Source: Acidobacteriota bacterium (GTDB taxonomy: Bacteria; Acidobacteriota; UBA890; WLXD01). From it: a stretch of 64,000 bases of DNA. Location of the stretch: positions 992,001-1,056,000 of the forward strand of contig CBDBHB010000008.1 in assembly GCA_965205505.1 (NCBI GenBank), in the 5' to 3' direction. Position 1 is the stretch's first letter. Every line of letters starts with the position of its first letter. The notes under the pieces were generated by a model. The model was given only the letters and a program-made list of their open reading frames with translations, ran no database searches and was not told the origin of the DNA. Below are positions 59,531 through 64,000 of the stretch, one piece after another. The position numbers and the translations under genes are program-made.

Positions 59531-60766
59531 ATGAAGATGCATCTCATCGAGCAGCGAACAACAGCGACGGCGGTCATCGCTCTGAGCGTCGTGCTTGCCT
59601 GCGCGCCGCAGGAGCCTGGATCCTCAGAGGAGACGAATCCGGCTCCGGAGTCAGCACCGTTGCGTGCCGCGCACGAAACGGTGAGCGACCCGAGTAACAC
59701 GTTCGTGGACGAGCTCGGGCTAAAGGCTGGTGTGTCGATCGACCATCCCGGCGTGGTGCATCCCGGTTCGGCTGATTTCCCGACCGGGCCGGCGATCGGT
59801 GAGCGACTCCCCGATTTCACCCTGCCGAACCAGCACGGTGAGGCAATCGACTTCCAGCAACACCATGCAGGACAAAAAGCTGTGCTCGTCTTTTATCGGT
59901 CCGCGGTCTGGTGACCGTACTGCATGACGCAGCTGGTCGAGCTGCAAAAGCAGATCACGGAATTCGACACGGCAGGAATCCATGTCTATGGCATCAGCTA
60001 CGATCCACAAGAGGCGCTCAAGAGCTTTTCGGACCGCTACGGGATCACCTACGACCTGCTCTCGGATGTCGGCTCGGTGGTGATCCGACGCTTCGGCATT
60101 CTCAACACCCTCATCGACCCAGAAGATCCCCGAGCCGGCGACTTCTACGGGGTCCCGTTCCCGGGTACGTATGTTGCGGACGAGTTCGGCGTCGTCACCG
60201 AGAAGTTCTTCAGCCGCCACTACGCAACCCGCGAGTCGGCTGGCACGATCCTCGACAAGGCCCTCGGAAAGGTCTTGCTACACGAGGAGTCGCCCCAAGC
60301 CAACGAGCAGGGCGACCGAGTCAGGGTCACCGCCTTCCTATCGGATGCGGATCTGAAACTGGAGGTCATCAACACACTCCATGTTCGCTTGGAGCTGGCC
60401 GAAGGATTTCACCTCTACGGTGAGCCACTCCCCGACGGTTTCTATCCGACCAGAATCAACGTTCGACCGGCTCGTGGCCTGAGAATCGGCGAGCCGGCCT
60501 ACCCGCCGACCACGCCGAAAGAGTTCGAGATTCTCGGTGTAACGCTGAACGTCTACCAGGAGGTCGCTGATATCGCCGTTCCGATCACCGGAACCACCGA
60601 GCTATGGGGGTCTTCTGAATCCGGTGGAGCCGACGGCCAACCGCCGGTCGAGCTGAGTATCTTCGTCGATTATCAGGTTTGCAGCGAAACGATCTGTTAC
60701 CGGCCGCAAAGCGCGCGTCTGATGATCGAGACGACGCTTGCGCCGCTGATTGAGCCGGCGGAATAG
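59531..60766 (+). CDS. Selenoprotein: AhpC/TSA (Prx-like, UxxC) domain fused to a DsbD-alpha-like domain, lipoprotein
   Basis: ORFs 59531-59914 and 59924-60766 are in the same frame. TGA 59912-59914 sits in VFYRSAVW-U-PYC, the position of the first Cys of the WCPxC motif. SECIS-like hairpin follows; VLAC lipobox; C-terminal YQVCSETICY. Confidence 0.88.
59915..59960 (+). promoter_or_regulatory. Bacterial SECIS-like element
   Basis: Upper stem gcagct/agctgc (59929-34/59940-45) with a G-initial loop ggtcg 20 nt after the UGA; possible lower pairs ctgc/gcag and ccgt/acgg. Confidence 0.75.
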
Positions 60767-60959
60767 GTACCAAACGATGGGGTGTGCCGAAAGCGGCGTA
60801 GGGCGCCGCTCCGGCCGCGTTATCGTTGCCGGAGTCGCGCATGTCACTTTCGGAACGCTTCTATCCCCGACGAAGGTCACGTGGTCCGGGGCTGCGGACG
60901 CGAGCCATGCCCTAGCCGCAAGCGATTCTCATTCATCGCCACTGCCGGAAGCCTGTGGC

Positions 60960-61288
60960 CGGAATTCCGAGCTCATCCGCTACAAGGCCCGACCGCTGCA
61001 CGGCATCTGGGCTACGGCACCGTTCCTGCACAACGGATCGGTGATGAATCTCTACGAGCTGTTGTTGCCGGCCAAGGATCGCCGCCGCGTATTCTACGTT
61101 GGCGGCCGAGAGTTCGATGCCGTCCGGATCGGTCTTGACACGCGGCGCGGGCCAGGGCGCACTCGCGTTGATACATCGCTACCGGGCAACTCGCGCATCG
61201 GCCACGAGTACGCCACGCAGCGACTCAGCAGGACGCAGCGCTGGCGACGCAGCGCTGGCAGCTGATCGAATACCTGAAGACGCTGTAG
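60960..61288 (+). pseudogene. C-terminal remnant of a RoxA-like/di-heme cytochrome c peroxidase family protein
   Basis: YKARPLHGIWATAPFLHNGSV, GNSRIGHEY; a 14-bp tandem duplication (61232-61259) shifts QLIEYLKTL* out of frame; no CxxCH or N-terminus remains. The left boundary is approximate. Confidence 0.82.
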
Positions 61289-61297
61289 TCGGCCGCC

Positions 61298-61666
61298 CTA
61301 GCCTCGTAGAAAACGGCTCCTGAGGCTACCGATGCTCTCGAGCTCACCTTCTTCATCCCGATACTGCCAGAACGCCCAACCGTTGCTCGAGAGCCGATGC
61401 GACCCGGCTCCCAACAACTCGCTGCAAGTGCTGCGGGCATGGCTGGCGGCCGACGAAAGCGTGTCAAAGCACCGACCCATGCAGGTCACCGTTCCGTCCA
61501 GCTCGATCTGAGCCTCGAGCTGCCTGTCGAGGTACATCCTCTCCAACGGCAGCGGCGGAACAATCACACCGGCGTCGATCAGGCCGCTCACTAGCACGCC
61601 CAGCCTCTTGGACGCCGCTGCTGCCTCAGGCTTCTGGGGTCGATCGCGGTCGTGAGCGGGCCGCAT
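61298..61666 (-). CDS. Stand-alone RAMA-domain-like protein
   Basis: LIDAGVI, FDTLSSAA, NGWAFWQY and LRSRF match the RAMA domain pattern; start uncertain. Confidence 0.65.
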   Translation of the reverse strand: MRPAHDRDRPQKPEAAAASKRLGVLVSGLIDAGVIVPPLPLERMYLDRQLEAQIELDGTVTCMGRCFDTLSSAASHARSTCSELLGAGSHRLSSNGWAFWQYRDEEGELESIGSLRSRFLRG

Positions 61667-61783
61667 GCGTAAGCCTCCATGGATGCGCGCTGACAGCTCG
61701 GGTGAGCTGCGGCACGCCGCCGGAGAGTCAAGTGTACAACGGCTGGCAAACGTGACCTGCCGCGGGTCGTATGTGAGCGAGTT

Positions 61784-61964
61784 CTAGCAGGCCGTGGTGA
61801 AGAGATTCTGCTAGCAGGCCGTGGTGAAAGTGTGGTGGGTCTGGCGACAGGGTCTGGCGAAGTGCAGGCAAGGAGAGAGGAGGAGGCGATGGGTACCCCA
61901 TCGTTGACGAGGAACGACGCAGCATACGCGCGCAACCCCCTGTCGCCCGAAGGGTTACGGCGAT
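61784..61964. mobile_element. Half copy of the double-arm MITE preceded by a duplicated TIR tip
   Basis: 61811-61964 is nearly the reverse complement of about 17160-17313; ctagcaggccgtggtgaa is repeated at 61784 and 61811. Confidence 0.85.
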
Positions 61965-61995
61965 ACCAGGGACGGGCCGTCGCGTCGCGTCGCGG

Positions 61996-63312
61996 TCAAC
62001 GTTGACGTCGCCGTAGCCGCGCCGAGCCGCGCCGACGGCGTCTGTGTCCCTGCGACCGCGCGGCGTCGCCGGATCGTGAGGGCGTGGTTCCGCCCCGCCC
62101 GCCGGCCCGGCGAGAAGGTCCGTGTCGATCGCCCGTGTCGAGGCGCTCTGCCTCGAAGCCCTCCACCGTGCGCCGTGGGATCGGGTTGCCGAGCTTACGC
62201 TCGGTGGCTCGAAGCCACGCCGTGTCATCGCGCGTTACGAAGGTCAGCGCCCGGCCCTCACGCTCCGCGCGCCCAGTACGACCGACGCGGTGCGTGTAGG
62301 CATCTGGCGTGTTCGGCACGTCGAAGTTGATGACGTACGAGACACCCTGCACGTCGATCCCGCGCGCCGCGATGTCGGTTGCAACCAGCACGTCGAAGGT
62401 TCGCTTCCTGAAGCCCTGCATGGCGCGCGATCGCTGCGACTGTGACATGTTGCCCTGTAGGCCTACGGCACGATGACCAGCCCGGTCGAGTTGCTGCGCC
62501 AGGCGGCGTGCCCGGTGCTTGGTGCGCGTGAAGACGATGGCCGACTCGCAGCCGTCTTCCTTCAGGATGCGCTCGAGTAGATCGCGCTTACGATCCTCGC
62601 GAACAGCCACCAAAGCGTGATCGACGGTCGTTGCCGGGCCCGAATGCGTCAGCTCGACGACGTGCGGATCCCGTAGCAGCACGTCGGCGAGCGCTCGAAT
62701 CTCTGCAGGCATGGTGGCAGAGAAAAGTAGGTTCTGTCGCTTCGGCGGCAACGCCGCCAGGATGCGTCGCAGGTCGGGCAGGAAGCCCATGTCGAACATG
62801 TGGTCGGCTTCGTCTAGCACGACGCTCTCGACCTCCCCGAGGTGGAGCACACCGCGCCCCATGAGATCGAGGATGCGGCCCGGACAGCCAACCACGAACT
62901 CTGGATGCCGACGCAGAGCCTGGATCTGACCATGAGCAGATACGCCGCCAAAGACGGTAACAACCCGCATCTGGGTAAAGCGCGCCAGCGCGCGAATCTC
63001 ATCGCCGATCTGTGTCGCCAGCTCGCGCGTTGGCGCCAGCACAAGCGCGCGCGGTCCGCGGCGTCGATCGCGGCCGAGGCGGTGCAGCAAGGGCAGCGCG
63101 AAGGCCGCCGTCTTGCCGGTACCAGTTTGGGCGAGGCCCAGCACATCGCGCCCCGCGAGGGCCGCGGGGATGGTGTCGGCCTGGATGGGTCGGGGCTCGA
63201 CAAAGCCCTCGGCGAGCACCCCTCGGAGGATGGAAGAATCGAAGCCGAACCGGTCGAAGCCGGCCGGAGAATCGGTCAGGTGTGAAGCCATAGTAATGAA
63301 CTGGGTCTCCAC
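61996..63312 (-). CDS. DEAD-box RNA helicase (RhlE-like)
   Basis: AQTGTGKT, PTRELA, DEAD, SAT, ARGID, HRVGRTGR, basic C-terminal tail. Confidence 0.95.
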   Translation of the reverse strand: METQFITMASHLTDSPAGFDRFGFDSSILRGVLAEGFVEPRPIQADTIPAALAGRDVLGLAQTGTGKTAAFALPLLHRLGRDRRRGPRALVLAPTRELATQIGDEIRALARFTQMRVVTVFGGVSAHGQIQALRRHPEFVVGCPGRILDLMGRGVLHLGEVESVVLDEADHMFDMGFLPDLRRILAALPPKRQNLLFSATMPAEIRALADVLLRDPHVVELTHSGPATTVDHALVAVREDRKRDLLERILKEDGCESAIVFTRTKHRARRLAQQLDRAGHRAVGLQGNMSQSQRSRAMQGFRKRTFDVLVATDIAARGIDVQGVSYVINFDVPNTPDAYTHRVGRTGRAEREGRALTFVTRDDTAWLRATERKLGNPIPRRTVEGFEAERLDTGDRHGPSRRAGGRGGTTPSRSGDAARSQGHRRRRRGSARLRRRQR

Positions 63313-63629
63313 CGTATCGGCGCACGTTTCGTGCGCACCAAGCGGTCGTTACGTTCCTGCCCGCACAACAGACGGGGGGGCAGATCGAACGATGGGCAGC
63401 GTGACCTCGGGAGGTAGTGGATGAGGTCCTGTTGTCGCCGCGAGTGGGTCAATGGACCCGCGTCACATCCAGGTGGCGCGACGCCGCCCCGCCCGCCACT
63501 CCGGGCTCCGGGCCGCCGAGCAGAGCCGCTGCAGCTGAAAGCCGACAGCGGATCTTAATAGGCGTTGAAGGCCATTCTAGCATCAACCTGTTCGGGCGGT
63601 CTCCGCATCGTAAGACCCGTCACACTTTC

Positions 63630-64000
63630 CTAGCAGCACCCTGGATCGTGCGAATCAGCGCGGCGGAGATCGCTCTTCTCCATCCGCTCTTCGGCCCATC
63701 GCTTCCAGCTCGACGATATCTGGGGTACCGAGAGGAGCCGCCCCGCATCGTCTCGGTCGCTTGTATAGATACGGAAGACATCGCCAACGGTCAGGTCATG
63801 GTCAGGCCGTTCGACGACTCGGATTTCGTCTCCGGCGCCCACGTCGCCCTCGACAGCGATCCGCAGGTAAGCACCCGGCCTACCGGCCTGAGAGAAGCGG
63901 CGGGGGAAACGCCTGTCCTCCATTCGCACACCGAGTCGCCAGCATGGGATACGTAGCTCCGTGACCTGCAGGACAGCATCCCCGATTTCCCAACGTTCTC
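63630..64000 (-). CDS. MOSC domain protein (YiiM-like), 5' end outside the window
   Basis: The frame is open to the window edge: ERWEIGDAVLQVTELRIPCWRL...GRPGAYLRIAVEGDVGAGD, followed by a 3-alpha-like tail. Confidence 0.85.
   Translation of the reverse strand, partial: ERWEIGDAVLQVTELRIPCWRLGVRMEDRRFPRRFSQAGRPGAYLRIAVEGDVGAGDEIRVVERPDHDLTVGDVFRIYTSDRDDAGRLLSVPQISSSWKRWAEERMEKSDLRRADSHDPGCC

Overview
GC-rich bacterial window, densely packed with heterotrophic/catabolic genes. The gene content (PQQ-propeller expansion, DUF1592/DUF1552/ankyrin triad, DUF1549/DUF1553 plus DUF1501) suggests an Acidobacteria-like organism, which is inference only. It holds about 40 CDS: five PQQ dehydrogenases, two BamB-like propellers, hydrolases, phnX, yajD, a B12 radical SAM enzyme, a Ser/Thr kinase and a DEAD-box helicase. 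I found no rRNA, tRNA or CRISPR array. Highlights: (1) a selenoprotein that the ORF track splits in two (59531-60766), with a lipoprotein signal, an AhpC/TSA domain carrying W-U-P-Y-C, a SECIS-like hairpin and a fused DsbD-alpha-like domain; (2) a modular, highly structured TIR (MITE-like) element family at CTAG/TAG sites, with two complete copies, one half copy and several scars, some overlapping neighbouring stop codons; (3) a lanthanide-motif PQQ dehydrogenase and a diheme cytochrome c directly upstream of phnX, with no phnW in the window; (4) many normally cytoplasmic enzymes carrying export signals; (5) extensive gene decay, with several pseudogenes and orphan copies of gene 5' ends. All family assignments come from motif recognition by eye, not database searches.
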